Source: the human T2T-CHM13v2.0 reference genome, Homo sapiens | Assembly: GCF_009914755.1 (NCBI RefSeq) | Contig: NC_060925.1 | DNA: 64,000 nucleotides | Reading direction: 5' to 3' (one strand) | Shown here: piece by piece, positions 40,880 to 56,563 of the stretch | Position numbering within the stretch: the first letter of the stretch is position 1 | Layout: every line of letters starts with the position of its first letter | Notes under the pieces: model-generated | What the model saw: only the letters and a program-made list of their open reading frames with translations | Told to the model about the DNA's origin: nothing | Database searches by the model: none | Translations under genes and position numbers: made by a program

Positions 40880-42280
40880 TCAGTGCTTTGAATTTTGGCC
40901 ATTCTGGTAGGTGTTTATCTCATTGTTGTTTTAACTTGGAATTTCTTAGTGACATATGATGTTTATGTTTACAGGCTTACTTGCCATCTGTGTGTCTTCT
41001 TGGTGAGCAATCAGTCAAGGATTTGGCCCATGTTTTAATTGGGTTATTTATTTTCTTATAGTTGAATTTTAAGTGTTATCTGTATATTTTGGATGAATAT
41101 ACCTTTATCCGATACATGTTTTGCAAATATTTTCTCCCAGTCTGTGGCTTGTATTCTCTTTCTCTTGACAATATCTTCAACAAAGCAGAAGCTTTTAATT
41201 TTAATGAAGTTCAACTTGTCAATTATTTCTTTTATGGATCACGTCTTTGGTGTTTTATCTAAAAAGCAATTGCCATATCCAAGGTCATCTAGAGTTTCTC
41301 CGTTGTTATCTTTTAGGAGTTACATAGTTTTATATTTTATAGTTAGATCTATGATCCATTTTGGATAAAATTTTATAAATGTTTTAAGATCTGTGTCTAG
41401 ATTTTTTTTTCTTTTTTGCATGTGGATGTCTGGTTGTCCCAGCACCATTTGTTGAAGCGATATCTTTGTTCCATAGTATTGCATTTGTTCCTTTGTCAAA
41501 GATCAGTTGCTATACTTAGTTATTCAGTGCTTCTTTTAGGGCTCTTTTTTCTGTTCTTTTGATCAATTTATCTAGTTTTTCACCAACACCGCTCTGTCTT
41601 GATTAGAGTAGTTTTACAGTAAGCTTTGAAGTTGGGTAATGCCAGTCCTCCAGGTTTGTTCTTCTTCAACATCCAGTCGGCTATTCTGGGTCTTTTGCCT
41701 CTCTGTATAAATTATAGAATCAAGTTTGCCAGTATTATAAAATATCTTGCTGGGATTCTGATTGGCATTGCATTGAATCAATAGACCAAGTTGAGAAGAA
41801 CTGACATCTTCACAATATTGAGTCTTCCTATCTAGGACCATGGAATGTCTCTCCATTTATAGTTCTTTGATTTCTTTCATTGGAGTTTTGAAGTTACCCT
41901 TGTGTAGATCTCGTACATTTTTTTAAGTCTTATTTCTAAGTCTGTCATTTTGTAGAGTGCTAATATAAATGGTATTGTGTTTTAAATTTTAATTTTTCCT
42001 TGTTCATTGCTGGTTTATAGGTAAGCAACTGACTTTTATATATTAATCTTATATCCTGAAACCTTGCTAAAATTCCAGAAGTTTTGTGTTGATTCTACTG
42101 GATTTTCTACATAGAAAGTCATGCCATCTACACAAAAATTAAGTTTTATTTCTCGCTTATCAATCTGTATGCCTTTTATTTCACTTTTTGTCTACCTGCA
42201 TTAATGAGGGTTTCCAGTACCATGTTGAAAAAGAGTAGTAGGAGGGTAAATCCTTGTCTTGTTTCTGAACTTAGTGGTGA
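40880..42280 (-). mobile_element. L1M (MB/MC-like) ORF2 fragment
   Basis: Antisense ORF2 motifs (ttttgcaaatattttctcccagtctgtggcttg; cagcaccatttgttgaa; attggcattgcattgaatc). Confidence 0.85.
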
Positions 42281-44235
42281 AGAAATTTGTCATCAAGCTT
42301 CTTTTTCAAGTTTACTGGGTTTGTGGAGTTTCCAGGTAGATAATTTAAGTGTGTTTTACATGCCTCCCTTATCTCAGTCCTCTCATTCTGACTCCTGGCT
42401 GCCGAACTTGATCTAGGAGAAAACTTGCAGACAAGAGATACTTTATTTGGAATGATACCATGGTAGAAGTAAAATTTTGAAATTTGAAGGACTCTCTCAA
42501 TGCATCATGTAATCCTCTCTATACCCAAATGTCACTTCCATAAATGAAGATGAAATTAGCCCATTGAATATTTGATAACTCACACATTTTTGTCAGCACA
42601 TATGTCGTATATTTTTGTAGAAATAACAGAAATATAAGTAGAGTGCTAAATTGTACATCAAAATATTCTGATTTTTTTCTCTCAATATGTTTTCTCACAG
42701 ATCATATTTTTAATATTTAACATGTGGCCTGTTTGGTTAGTATATATATTTCTCTAGAAATAAACTGAATATTCAAATCTAAAGTTCTTAAAAATGCCTA
42801 ATAAAATAAAATTTTTGTCTAAAAATGCATGGGGACTGCATGTGGCTTATAAATGTTATATTTACCTTAAAAAAAGCATTACGTAAATTTTAAAAATTAT
42901 ATTAGTCAACCAGAAAATATCTCATATCTGTGTAACCTTAATAAGGCATCTAGGGTAAATTGCAATTGTTCACATGTTTTTTTTGTTTTTTTTTTTTTTA
43001 ATTCTGGGGTAAGGACACTGTTAGGGGAATATATATTATCTAACCTTAGAGAATTTCACAATATTTATACTTCAAGAAGAGCTGTGTCTGTTGCAAACTA
43101 ATTTTTCTGCCATAAACAAAGAGGGAATTATTTCTGAGGACTTTAACTTATTTATTTTTCCAAAAGCTTGCCACATGGCTTCAAATGCATTCCACACAAA
43201 CAATTATTGTGAGAAATGAGAAGTGACAATGCATTTAACTCCTTGCATCCTGTTTTTCAGCAGGCAGAAATTTGCATCTTAAATGAATAAAATGTGATGG
43301 AGTATGCCAAACTCTGCCATCATTTGGCCAAAATGATACCAAATGATTGTGATTTATTTACTTCACAATAGATAAAAATAAACTACCCTTAGTTAAAAGT
43401 TAGATGCCTAAAATGTACTATATTTTATGTTTATTAAGACAAAAGCTCAGTAAAAAGTCTCTGAACTTCTTAGGAGCATGAGCTATGAAATTAAGACTCT
43501 GCTGACTTCTGGCTTCGTTGTTGAATGGGATTGTAGGATATTATACCCCTGGTAATCTATCTTTTACTATCAAGAGCTTAGATAACTAATGACTGCTTTC
43601 TCTTTCTCTTTCTCTCTCTCTGTCTCTTTCTCGCTCTCTCTCATCTAGATTGCCAGAAAGCTGAGCTTTTTTTTTGTGCTTACTTGCAACAACCATTTGT
43701 AGGCTAGTCCTGCTAGTGTAATTTTTTTTCTTCATTAGCTAAGATTTGAAAGAATTTATAGTATGAACAGAGGGGTACTATTCCCAGGAGGGGAGAACAT
43801 CGTAAGCAATTATGCAAACACATTAAATAAAGGAAAAGAGCTGTATGTTAAGAAATTTGCAAAGAGTTTCTGAAACCTTGAAAAAATCATTTTAAAGCTC
43901 TGACCTTCCGCTTCTCTGTAAAATGGGCATCACGATACTCGCAAAAAGCTGCTATGAGAATTAGAGTAGACAGTGCATGTGAAGGTGTTTAGCACATGAG
44001 ATAGACTTAGTAAATATTAATGACATTTCATCTGCCTTTGGGTATTTTTTGAGTTCCTATTCACATATCAAATATTTTAATACTCTTATATCAAAGAGTA
44101 TGGTTAAACCCAGATTGTTTTCTACTAGCTGTATGAGATAGCAGGCGTTCACAGCCTCTTGAAGCTTCAGTTCCTTTACGCTGAAATGAGGAAAAGCAGT
44201 GCATGAATCTTGCAGGACTTCTGGGAAGATTAATG

Positions 44236-44765
44236 CAGGGCCCCCTAACCCTGGGCCACAGATAGGTACTGGTCTGCTATGGCCTATTAGGAACCAGGCC
44301 GCACAGCGGGAGGTGAGTGGCAGTCCAGCGAGCGAAACGTCTGTATTTATAGCTGCTCCCTGTTGCTCGCTTTACTGCCTGAGCTCTGCCTCCTGTCAGA
44401 TCAACGGTGGCATTAGATTCTCATAGAAGCACAAACCCTATTGTGAACTGCACGTGCAAAGGATCTAGGTTGCACACTCCTTATGTGAATCTAATGACTG
44501 GTGATCTGTCACTGTCTCTCCCATCACCCTAAGATGTGACAATCTAGTTGCAGGAAAACAGGGTCAGGGCTCCCACTGATTCTACACCATGATGAGTTGT
44601 ATAATTTTTTCCTTCTATGTTATAATACAATAATAATAGAAATAAAGTACACAATAAATGTAATGTACTTGAATCATCCTGAAACCACCATCCTCCTGCC
44701 CGGTCCATAGAAAAATTGTCTTCCATGAAATCGATCCCTGGTGCCCAAAAGTTTGGAGGCCACTG
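44236..44765 (+). mobile_element. MER1A hAT-Charlie element inserted in a MIR
   Basis: caggg...cactg ends, MER1 body, 8-bp TSD gattaatg/gattaaag. Confidence 0.9.
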
Positions 44766-45363
44766 GATTAAAGGAGACAATGTATGTAAATTTTGGCTTA
44801 TAATAAGTTCTTGGAAAGTGCTAGCTGTGTCTTATCACTGATTATAGTATCCCAATCAAACCTTGACACTTGGGTTAGGATTATTTATTTCCCTCAATTT
44901 ATAAATGTGAAAGCGGAGGTACAGAGAGGTTAAACAGCTTGCCCAAATTCACACAGCAGATATGTGACAAAGCAAAAGTTCAAGCTGCCCGACTTCTCAA
45001 ACCTCACTTTCCCATTTATTTTACATCACTTGCCATTCCTATGTTTTTCATTTAGACCATAAACACATTAGCAACATGAATTTATCATCAACGTAATATG
45101 GCTAATACAGTTGATCCGGAATTTAGTGAAGCATATATAATACATGAGGTTTTCAATTACCAGTCATTATTGATGGTAGCCAGGTCAAAAGTATCTTTCA
45201 GACATTCTAGAAGAGTCATGGAGTTACAAATTTTTAACATCTGAAATCTGAATCCTTTCCCCACACCCAGGCACTACTTTTATCTTTAGAAATGAGCATT
45301 TTTTGAAAGACTCATTTTAGGAAGCAAGATTTTGATTGCCTTTGTCTTATATATTCTACTTTA

Positions 45364-45732
<369 letters not shown>

Positions 45733-47186
45733 TTAATTGCTTTTTAAAGAGCACGAGGAAAGACTAAGTTACTCAAATACATTTTGTAGACTATCTGTAA
45801 GAAGCAAAAGTAATCAGCTCATTAAATATATGCAGGAGAATAGTAAATGTAATGGAAGCCTTTCACCTCTTCATAAGAGAATCAAATGAATGTGAGTTTG
45901 AACTGAAATCCAGCCTTCACTTAACCCCGCTGCCACCTCTCCTCAAATCATTCTCAACTTCACAGTTAAACTGTATGCATATTATAAGTAGGAGGCTCAT
46001 TTATTGGTTTCAGTGTCTCTCAAACTAAAGTCCAAGGACATATCCCACAAGATGCTCTCAGTGGGGGATGGAGAAAACAAATATGACCAAAGGTAGACAA
46101 TTTGTCAACCTGGGTTAAGACCCCTTCAATTTTTCTATAGGCTTGAAATTTTTCACACTCCACAGTTTGGGAGAAAAAAGCCAGAAGCTATTGCCAATAT
46201 CCTGATAGAAATTAACCTAGTACTATAATTAAGACAATTTCAGGTCATGATAGGAAAATCTATACATCAGTATTTATTAAGGGAAAGTTTGTGGGCGGTA
46301 GTTGCACGTGAAATCTCCTTGTCTGAAAGACAGAGGCATGGTGGCCAGGCTACCAAGGCATCAGCAGTCTGCCCAATCCCATCCCTTCTCCTCCTGAATT
46401 TAGCCCAGTCTATATTTAATACAAAGACTTAGTCCACAGACTAGTGAACTAATGTATTTGCATTGTACAAATTTACCTTCGAAAAGTTTTATACATATAT
46501 TTTTGTGTAAGTTGGCATTTTTATTTAAATTTTGCAAATCATTTGTTGACAGGATCAAAGGGAAAATAGCATTTCACTTCCTCTTTCCAGACACCTATTT
46601 ACAAAGTAAAAGTCTCTATTTTTTTCAGCTTTACCTTTCTGACTTTTTGGATTACTGCTATCTAATAATTTATAGTAAAATTGGTGTATTTTTATTCCTC
46701 TGTACTCAGGATTAGCTACTGAAATTGACATCTGTTTACATAAATTTAGTTTAAGGGTATAATTTGGAGATAATTTGAATGTAATTCCTTCAATGTAAAT
46801 AATATAAAAATGTAGCATGTTATGTACAATCTTCTAGATAAATAAAAATTTATACAGATGCTCCTCTAGGAAACTAAACTAAAATTCTAAATTTAAACTA
46901 AAATTCTAAGATTACATATTGTAGTTGAAATCAAGCATCCTTTATGAGACGTACCAAATATAGCCTCTTCTGTATGTTTGAAGACATACCAAGATTAACT
47001 TGCAAAATTTGTTGTAATTTCTTATTTGATAATAGAAATCTGGTTTTCTATGATTGACACATCAATTGTTAGTGATTCATAAGCTAATCAGTTCTTTAAC
47101 TGGGTTAAGGCAGGCACAAGTATTCTCTTTTTTATCATCAAAAGAAGATCTATCTTGAAATGAATTGTTAGTAGACATATTTTTAA

Positions 47187-47585
<399 letters not shown>

Positions 47586-47833
47586 TAAACAACTAGTTCT
47601 TACTCTTTCACTTTTCTGTCTCCTAAGGCTCGAAATGTATTGTCTCATATACCAAATACCAAATGTTTAACTCAAAATGTACTCAGTCATTGCTGAGGAA
47701 GAATTATTTTGTTTAACCCTCATAATATATTAGTATTCTTATACCCAAGAAATACATACAGACATTTAAGTTGAAATCAGGAGTATGTGGGGATGAGAAT
47801 GGTTGATGTCATAAGTACTCCAGTATTTGACAG

Positions 47834-48248
47834 TGATATAGTTTGAATATGTGTCCTCACCTAAATCTCGTGTTGAATTGCAATCCTCAAAGTTGGAGGT
47901 GGGGCCTGGTGGGAGATGATCGGATCGTGGGGGCGGATTTCTCATGAATCGTTTGGCACCATCTCCTTGGTGCTGTCCTGGTGATAGTGAGTTCTTATGA
48001 GACCTGGCTGTTGAACGGTGTGGCACCCCGCTTGCTCTCTCTTGCTCCCAATCCCTCCATTTGAGACACCTTCTCTCTGGCTTCACCCTCCACCATGACT
48101 GAGTGCTTCATGAGGCCTCCCCTGAAGCAGACGTCTGTGTTATGCTTCTTGTACATCCTGCAAAACCATGAGCCAATTAAACCTCTTTTCTTTGTAAATT
48201 TCCAGTCTCAGGTAGTTCTTTATTGCAATGCAGGAACAGCCCAATACA
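47834..48248 (+). mobile_element. MSTA-like MaLR solo LTR
   Basis: tgatatagtttg...gttggaggtggggcctggtgggag...aataca; TSD gacag/aacag. Confidence 0.9.
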
Positions 48249-49272
48249 AACAGGTATAGCAGGTGTGTCATAATTTAAGTCAAACCAGTGACTAAAATAG
48301 CATTCTAACCAGACCCTTCCAGCTCTTACAGCAGTAAGCTCCCTTAGGAAGATTTGATATTGACCCTGTTTTAGGGAAGCTTTGATGTATTTGCTGAGGC
48401 ATTTGTTGACTTTCAAAAGCAACTTCAATTTAAGGCATTTTGTACATACATAACATACTGTTAGTACAAACTTATGAAGGGTTTCCAATATATCCTGATA
48501 AAAATCCTCTCTCTTTGGAGTTACATAATTATAGAGCACAGAAAAAAAAATGGAGTTTGACCCAATATGAACTTGAAGGAATCAGGATTGGCAGTGTGTG
48601 TAAAAATAGACATACAAAGGAAATCTTTTAGAATATATTTTATTATTCAGATTTATATTAAAATGAATTAGATTATGGTCCTCCCACATTTCTGTGGCAG
48701 CATCCAGAATTCTATTATATTTACTTCCAATTACTGCAGCAAACCTAGACTTCAACTATTAGCCAAAGGCTAAAGATGCTCCTTTGCAGTTGCCAATATA
48801 TAGACCAGTTTCAGGCTCTCCAGTGGTGGACAGATGGTCATTCCCAGGCTAATATTGCCCTATTTCCATGCAAGAGGAGCTATTTTAGACCTTTAGAGTT
48901 ATGGTTCCAGTGAAATCAGAGACTTTGGGAAGACAGTGAATCTTTGAGGATACGAGAGGACAATAGACCTTCTTCATTCTCCTGGAAGGCAGCTTCCTTC
49001 CAGAATTATTCACTGAAAATCTCTGCTTCACAAATTCTCTGGAATTCTCAAGTGGTGACATGATAATATTGGTTTTCTATCATTACAATGAATATAAATA
49101 TGCAATTTTTTGTTTTTCACTAAATATTTCAAGTGATTCCTGATGCTGAAATACAATACTACGTGAATTATGCTAAGTTGTCAAAAGACTTCTTGATGCA
49201 CTGGTTTTATAGACAGGCATGAAATTTCATTGCATAATTGGATGTGGGTTGTGCACATAGGAGAGGGAGGTA

Positions 49273-49586
49273 CAGCCAGCCTTCCATACCCACAGATTAA
49301 ACCAATCTCAGATTTAGTATACTAAAAAAAACCGCAACAAAATAACGTACAACAATAAATAATAGCACAAATTCAAAAACCAGTGCAGTCTGACAACTAT
49401 TTAAATGGCCGTTACATTGTACTAGATATTACAAGTAATCTAGAGATGATTTAAGATACATGGGAGAATATGCATAGGGTATATGCAAATTCTATGACAT
49501 TTCATATAAGGGACATGAGCATCCAAGGATGTTGGCATTCAAGGGGCTCCTGGAACCAATGCCCCAAGGATACTGAGTGATGACTG
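49273..49586. mobile_element. MER2B-like TcMar-Tigger relic
   Basis: ta|cagcc...gactg ends; aagtaatctagagatgattta...cctggaaccaatgcccc. Confidence 0.8.
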
Positions 49587-49614
49587 AATATTGTTTTCTT
49601 TTCTTTTCTTTTCT

Positions 49615-50157
49615 TTTTTGCCATAGTGCTCTTCTTACAGGGTGATGAAGAAACACCCCTATCAAAAGATGGGTGTGTGTTCTCATCTGTTGAATGTAGG
49701 CAGACTGTTGTAACTTCCTCATCCCATAAACAGTGGTGTGCAATTTCCAAACCATGTCACAAAAGCCTTTGTGCCATCCTTCTTGCTTTCTTGAATTGCT
49801 TGTAATTAGGGAGTTGTAGATACCATGTCATGAGGATCTTGAAGAAACCCTGGAGAGTGAGAGGGTCACATGGAGACAAGTTGTGGCCGTTGGCCACCAG
49901 CCGTCACCAACTTGCCAGCCATGTGAGTGAGCCTCTTGGAAGCTGGGGCCAGAGTCCCACCCAATCCCTTAGTAGATCGTCCGGGTCTAGCCAACATGTG
50001 ACTACAACTGCATGAAAGACCTTAAATGAGACCTACTCAGCCAAACTCTTCCTAAGTCCTGTCCAAACAAAACCATGAAGGATAAGAAATGGTTATTATT
50101 ATTTTAAGCTACCACCTTTTGGTGTGATTATTATATGCAATAATAGGTAGCAGACAC
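49615..50157 (+). mobile_element. MLT1F-like LTR
   Basis: caacttgccagccatgtgagtgagcc...ttttaagctacca...gcaataataggtagcagaca. Confidence 0.7.
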
Positions 50158-52653
50158 TGGCTTTGGTTGGACATGTATGTTCTCTGCATATTCTGCTTTT
50201 GTGCATGTGGAGAAATGGGCTTTCTGGGCTGCTGACAATGAGGAGGTAGAGATGTTGTTCAGGCAGATGCGTTTAGACTTCGAGTCCACTTTCTCCTTCC
50301 AAGAACTATGTGGCCTTACAAATGCTGGGGTTGGTTTAAGAAAACAGAACTCTTAATGTTTGTAAACATTCCTGTACGAGAGTTCATCCATCATTTGTGT
50401 CTCTCTAGAAAGGTCATACGCAGAAAATGTAGTGGTGTAGCAAAATTTTGAACTTTTCAGAGCTGGCAAAATCCTTTCTTTAGTGTATAGTATTACTACT
50501 CATGTCCATTATGAACCATGAGCCCAGGGAGACTCTGCTGAGACAGGCTGCATCTCCTCCAGCCTTATCCTCCTAAGATCAGGCATCCTACCTAAGGGGA
50601 GCATAGAATTTAGCCCCTGTTTGTGGGGTGGTGTGGATTCTTCCCACCTGTCTAATCCACCTGAGAAACAGTAGTGAAAAAAAGAAGAAAATGACAAAAA
50701 TCGAGCTGATTTTTGTATCTACATATGTAGATAATATATGCTATATACACATGCACATAGAATGTATACGTATTATATTTATATATGTATGGTCATTTTT
50801 GACCACTCACAATATACAAGACATGATAATTTTCAACGTGTCAAGTTAGAAATTACCATTCTACCTCACTAAATTATCTCAAAAATCTTGATACCTAGTA
50901 TTTATATATTTTATAAATTAAGTAACCTAAGTCTAAACAAGACGACTGGTTCACAGACCACTATCCTACATGCAAGCTGCAATAGGAAAATAATTTCTCA
51001 GCAGTGATTTTTTACAAGTGAAAATAACATTTAAAAATTACAGAAAAGCCGATGAATGGAAATAATCAGTGACAGATGTGGTTTAAGATATAAAAATGAA
51101 ATCTGAATCCATTGTCCCCAGTGTGTAAAAATGTTTTACGTTGTTTCTTGAAAATTCTCATTGGATGACCCTCTCTTGTTGTCATATTAATTCTGAAATT
51201 CTGATTTTAGTCTATTTTCATTTTCACAACAGAACCAGGAACAAAAAGTGTACCCTAGGGGCATCCAATTAACAATAAGCAACTATTGTATGTTTGTTGG
51301 AACATACGTGTCAGGAGGGCCGAAAGCATAGCTGACGTGATAAGATATACAAACAAAATTAATGGGATAAAACAGTATGATGGCATCAAGTAAAACGTTT
51401 TTGTTTACATTTTTGTGTAGTACAGAGGTTACAATCAGAAAAGGAGTTGTCAGCTCAAGAAATTGAATAAATTAAATAATAAATTAATGAATGGAATATT
51501 TCTGTTGGGAAATCACACACAGCACATTAAATGAAGTTCATTAGAAAGTGGGAGCTACAGGATGAAACTGACAGGCAAGGGATGCTGAATTATGGTCGTC
51601 TTGTAAAATTTAATACCACATTTCTCAGCTTTAAAGTATTAAACCTACCAAAAACACTAAACCTGCATCCCACCTTTGTAACACTTTTGAAAACCCCATA
51701 ACCTCACCTGCTGTTAATTCTAGATCTTTACAGATTCAAAGAATATATATATATATATGCACACATATGAGTTTCTCATGTTATTTGCCTTTTTAGTTTT
51801 TTGAGAAATAGGCCTTGTGTGGTTTTCCAAATAAGTACAAATTGTACTGACAGCATATATTTTTATCTCCTCAAGAAGACAGTTCCTTGTCATTGTTCTT
51901 TCCAGCAACTTGACATTTTATTTAGGTAACCTGTTCTCCACTTTGTAATATGTTAGCTATCATCCCAGCAAAATTGTTCTATATTCTACAGAGTGGTAGT
52001 TTATTTTTTTTTTGGAAATACGGACAAAGCATTCAATTATTTGTCGCCATGACCGCTCTCGGGGTTAGTTAACTACATATGCAACTAAAATTGGATAAAT
52101 GTAATTAAGAAAATTGGTATTGTAGAGGTTTCATTGTTCTATAGAATTAGAGAATTCTACCAACTGAATTTATAACCTGAGCATGAAAACCAGATCCTTT
52201 TTCATATTTAAATATTAACCAGAGTAAGCCATGTACTACCTTAACAATAAAAATAAAATTAAACAAACTCAAAAAGTTTGAAGAAATAAAATGATAAAAG
52301 CTAAGTGAATTCTTTGAGCTGCAGCTTTTTTACCGTGCTGCACAGTTGCCTGGCTTAGGTCAGAACCTTTTCAAGAAAGGTTCCATCCTGCCACGGCTCT
52401 TTGAATTTTTCTTAAATCTTTTATGTTTAAAGATATCTAATTATATTCTATTTTAATACTTGGATAAATTAAGAATTTTTAAAAATTCTTCATTTTTGTA
52501 AAGTATTAATAAAGTAATTTTTTAAAAGTAAAAGAATAAATTCAAGCATTCCAATCTGTTAAAATATCCTTTACAATGTACTAACCGGATTATATTATCG
52601 TGTGTTTCGCCTCATTTTTGTTATACAAATTTTCATGTATTAAGATGATCCAT

Positions 52654-52925
52654 GGCAGGGCACAGTGGTTCACACCTGTAATCTCAGCTCTTTGAGAGGC
52701 CAAGGAGGGAGGATTGCTTGAGCCCAGGAGTTGGAGACCAGCCTGGGCAACATAGGGAAAACCTGTCTCTACAAATATTTGTAAAATTTGCTCTCAGATA
52801 CTCAAAAGGCTGAGGTGGGTGAACTGCTGGAGTCTAGGAGGCTGAGGCCACAGTGGGCCAGTGATCCCACCACTGCTCTCCAGCCCTGGTGACAGAGAGA
52901 GATGCTGTCCCCAAAAAAGAAAAAA
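52654..52925 (+). mobile_element. Degenerate AluJ
   Basis: ggaggattgcttgagcccaggag. Confidence 0.85.
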
Positions 52926-53414
52926 TCCACGTGATATTTACTTCCCTAGCACATGACATCATGTTGCTGTATCCTGATTTGACTATCAGTTATTGTATTT
53001 TTAAATATTTTGGTTTTCTTTTTGTTTCTTTTTTTTAAAATTATTTTAACTGTAAATCATACATAGTATGAACCCCTATATACAGATTAGGCTATTTACT
53101 TAGGATCTGATCCCAAAGTTCAGCAGAAGTTGAACAATACAAATTATAACATATTCCCAGATTGTTCTTTAGAGAAAATAAATGAATGAACTGACAATAT
53201 ATGCATACATGTTACATTCTCCCACCCACTCACCATTTTATATAACAGCTTAATTTTTTTATTTTAATGCTTAAAAATAGATTTAATTTGCAACTCTCCA
53301 ACTGCTTTTGCAGTGATGCATTTTTTCCACAGGACAGTTTTCTTTTTTATTGTTATTTGGAACAAGGGCATGTAGGCAAAAGATGTAAATGCTTTCCACA
53401 GCCTGTTGCTTCCC

Positions 53415-53590
53415 CAGTGGTTCTCCACCTCACCTGCATGTTGCTGTCAATTCAAGAACTTTAAGAAACCCTGATGCCCAGGACACCCCAATTCCAGTTA
53501 AATCAGAGTCCTGGGAGTGGAACTCAGGCATCAGTACATTTTAAAGCTTCTCAAATGCTTCTATCAGCCATCCAGGTTTGGGAATGACTC
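53415..53590. mobile_element. MER5A-like hAT MITE
   Basis: cagtggttctc...ttaaatcagagtc...caggcatcagtacattttaaagct. Confidence 0.7.
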
Positions 53591-54412
53591 ATCTCAATTG
53601 ATCATGGAGTCTCAGCTGGGTGTGATGGGAGATTGGAAGGAAAACAGTAGGCTTAACTTTATTATATGGGGCAATCGGAATTAAGCTGTGTTGTCAGCCT
53701 TCCTCCCATCTAGTGCCCTCAAACAAACCCTTCCCTGGCCCTGAATCTTCTCTCATTGCCTATGTCCTTGCCTGTCACAGTCTTTCTGCATTGAAACAGT
53801 CCATGAAAAAGGTCTCCTGATCTAAACTACCCTGTAATTAGCCTGATAAGTACCTCATCTCCTACTTGTATGCTTTTTCTGATCTGTTTCCCTGTAGAGT
53901 GAAATCTTACTTTCTGAACATCCAAATCCTGATGAGGTTTTACTGTCAATGAACAACTGATATTTTTACGTGAATTAAGAGACACAGCAATTCCACTTCA
54001 TCCCAGTGTTTTTACCAGCTACTTGGACACACTCGCCTACTGGATTTGACCTCTGTGAATACCAATGCTGGCCTGGGTGTCAGTATTTGCTAGAAGCCCC
54101 TGTGTGGGTTTGTCTTCCCTTAGCTTTAGCCAGGAAGACATCTGGCCTCAGCAAGCACACTGCTGCTGTGATTCTTTTGCTTCTATTAAGTGCAAATGAA
54201 TGCACTTTATGTTGATGGTGTATTGCATAAGACTAATTTCTGGATTAGCGAAAAAGAGCTCTTTTTCATTTATCAGACATTTTCTTTCTTACATCTTATT
54301 TTCCTTCAGCTTCAAACCATGTCTGCCTCACCCATATCAGTAACCACATTAATAATGACGAGAATAATTAACTTTCATTGCAACCTTTTTCCATCCTTAT
54401 AACATAAGTCAT

Positions 54413-54722
54413 GGCTGGGTGCAGTGGCTCACCCCTGTAATCTGAACATTTGGGACTACTAGGTAGGAGGATCTCTTGAGCCCAGAAGTTTAAGGCCAGT
54501 CTGAGCAATATAGGGAGACCCTGTCTCTATAAAGATATTTAAAAAATTAGCCAGGCATAGTGGTGCATGCCTGTGGTCCCAGCTATACAGGAGGCTGAGG
54601 TGGGAGGATTGCTTGAGCTGGGAGGAGGTCAGAGCTATAGTGAGCCATGATCACGCCACTGGATTCCAGCCTGTGCGACAGCCCTGTCTCAAAAAACAAA
54701 ACAAAAACAACAAAAACAAGAA
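54413..54722 (+). mobile_element. AluJ
   Basis: J diagnostics; TSD cataagtc. Confidence 0.9.
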
Positions 54723-56183
54723 AGCCATAAGTCTTTTACAAATGCTGTCTCCTTTAATTTTAACAACCTACAAAACAGTTACTGTATTTATCCCCAGTTT
54801 TTCAGATGAAGAAACAGTAGATTGAATAATGTTTATTGGCCAAGGTTCAAGAAATGACAGAGCTGGAGGATTTAAACCTAGCATTGCTTAATTCCCAGAG
54901 CCTGAGCTGTTGACCATGTTTTATGAAAACTAGATTTCTTAAAAAAAAAATAATTGAGGCCCTTACAAAGTCTATTCCTGACCTCCATTTATATCCCCTT
55001 TGTTCCCACTCACTGCCATTTTTACCTACCTTTCCTCAAGCACTGCTGACCAACTGATTGTTCCTGGATCTGTGACAACTGCATGACTTGCCATGTGCTG
55101 TTTCTCAGGTCTGAGATTTTTGCTCTCTCCTTCAAGGTGAGCTCCCACTCATAATTTTCAATTTAGTTCAAATGTCAAACAGTTCTATGTGAAGCTCTGA
55201 GCCCCCACATCAGTCAATTGTGCTTTTCTCTGTGTTCTTACGGTGCTTGGTAAATACCTTGATCACAGTGTTCATCACTTACCAGCTAATAACTTTCAAC
55301 GGTTTAAGCTCTGTAAGCCTCAGTTTCCTCATCTACAAAAATAAAGATAATCAAAGAACTTATCTCAGAGGCTTATGAGAATTAGAGATAATGAATGTAA
55401 GATATTTAAATCTATGTTATATAATAAGCATTTTAAAAGCTATTAACTGTATTTCATTACCATCCCCTTGTACTACAACTTTTGATTTTTTTTTTCTTTT
55501 CACAACTGCTTTCTATGAAAGTGGACATGATGACATGCATTTTATTTTTCCATGTTTTGCAAAGTTCTCAGCACAGAATGGAAACGTGTGGGCTTACTTA
55601 ACAACTCCATCTCTAAAATGAGGACCCTCAAAGGGCATTAGTGTCAGCAACTATCATTATTTAGTAAGTTTTAGTAAACGAAAGGTTGCATTTAAAGGGA
55701 GTAAAACACTTGCATATCAGTAGTTTCTTATGCAGAGATGATGGCAAGTCACAGTAGTCCATGTCTGCGAGCTCATAGACAGACCTCTTTGTGTGATGAG
55801 ATATGACAAGTCTTTAGATTTTTTCCTATTAGTACCCTGCAGCACCAATTCCTGCTGTTGTGCAAGGAGTACCTGAAGTGTTGATCAGCAAGAGACTTGG
55901 CAAATCTTGCTGACATGTCTCTTCTGACAAGAGGATAAATGCTTTCCATGGATCCTTTCTGTCCTGCACTGGCCCCTTGGCTGACCATCTGTTTGAAAGT
56001 GCAGGGCATGATGGTGACAATAAATAAGGTGCTCTTCTGTAAATTTCAGTAATCCAACTACAGTACATTCCAAAGCATGACTGAACAGCGTACCTGGTAA
56101 TCTTTGTTACAAATAGAACCTGCAGATCCTGGAGCAGCAGAGGTTAGAGATGGAAATAAAAGGGCATTAATTTAATTTGGGCA

Positions 56184-56563
<380 letters not shown>

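Noticed and set aside
50179-50214. Possible pre-miRNA-like hairpin
   Set aside because: Only ~10 bp with two G:U pairs; too short
55773-56073. Three overlapping minus-strand ORFs
   Set aside because: No recognisable product or splice architecture
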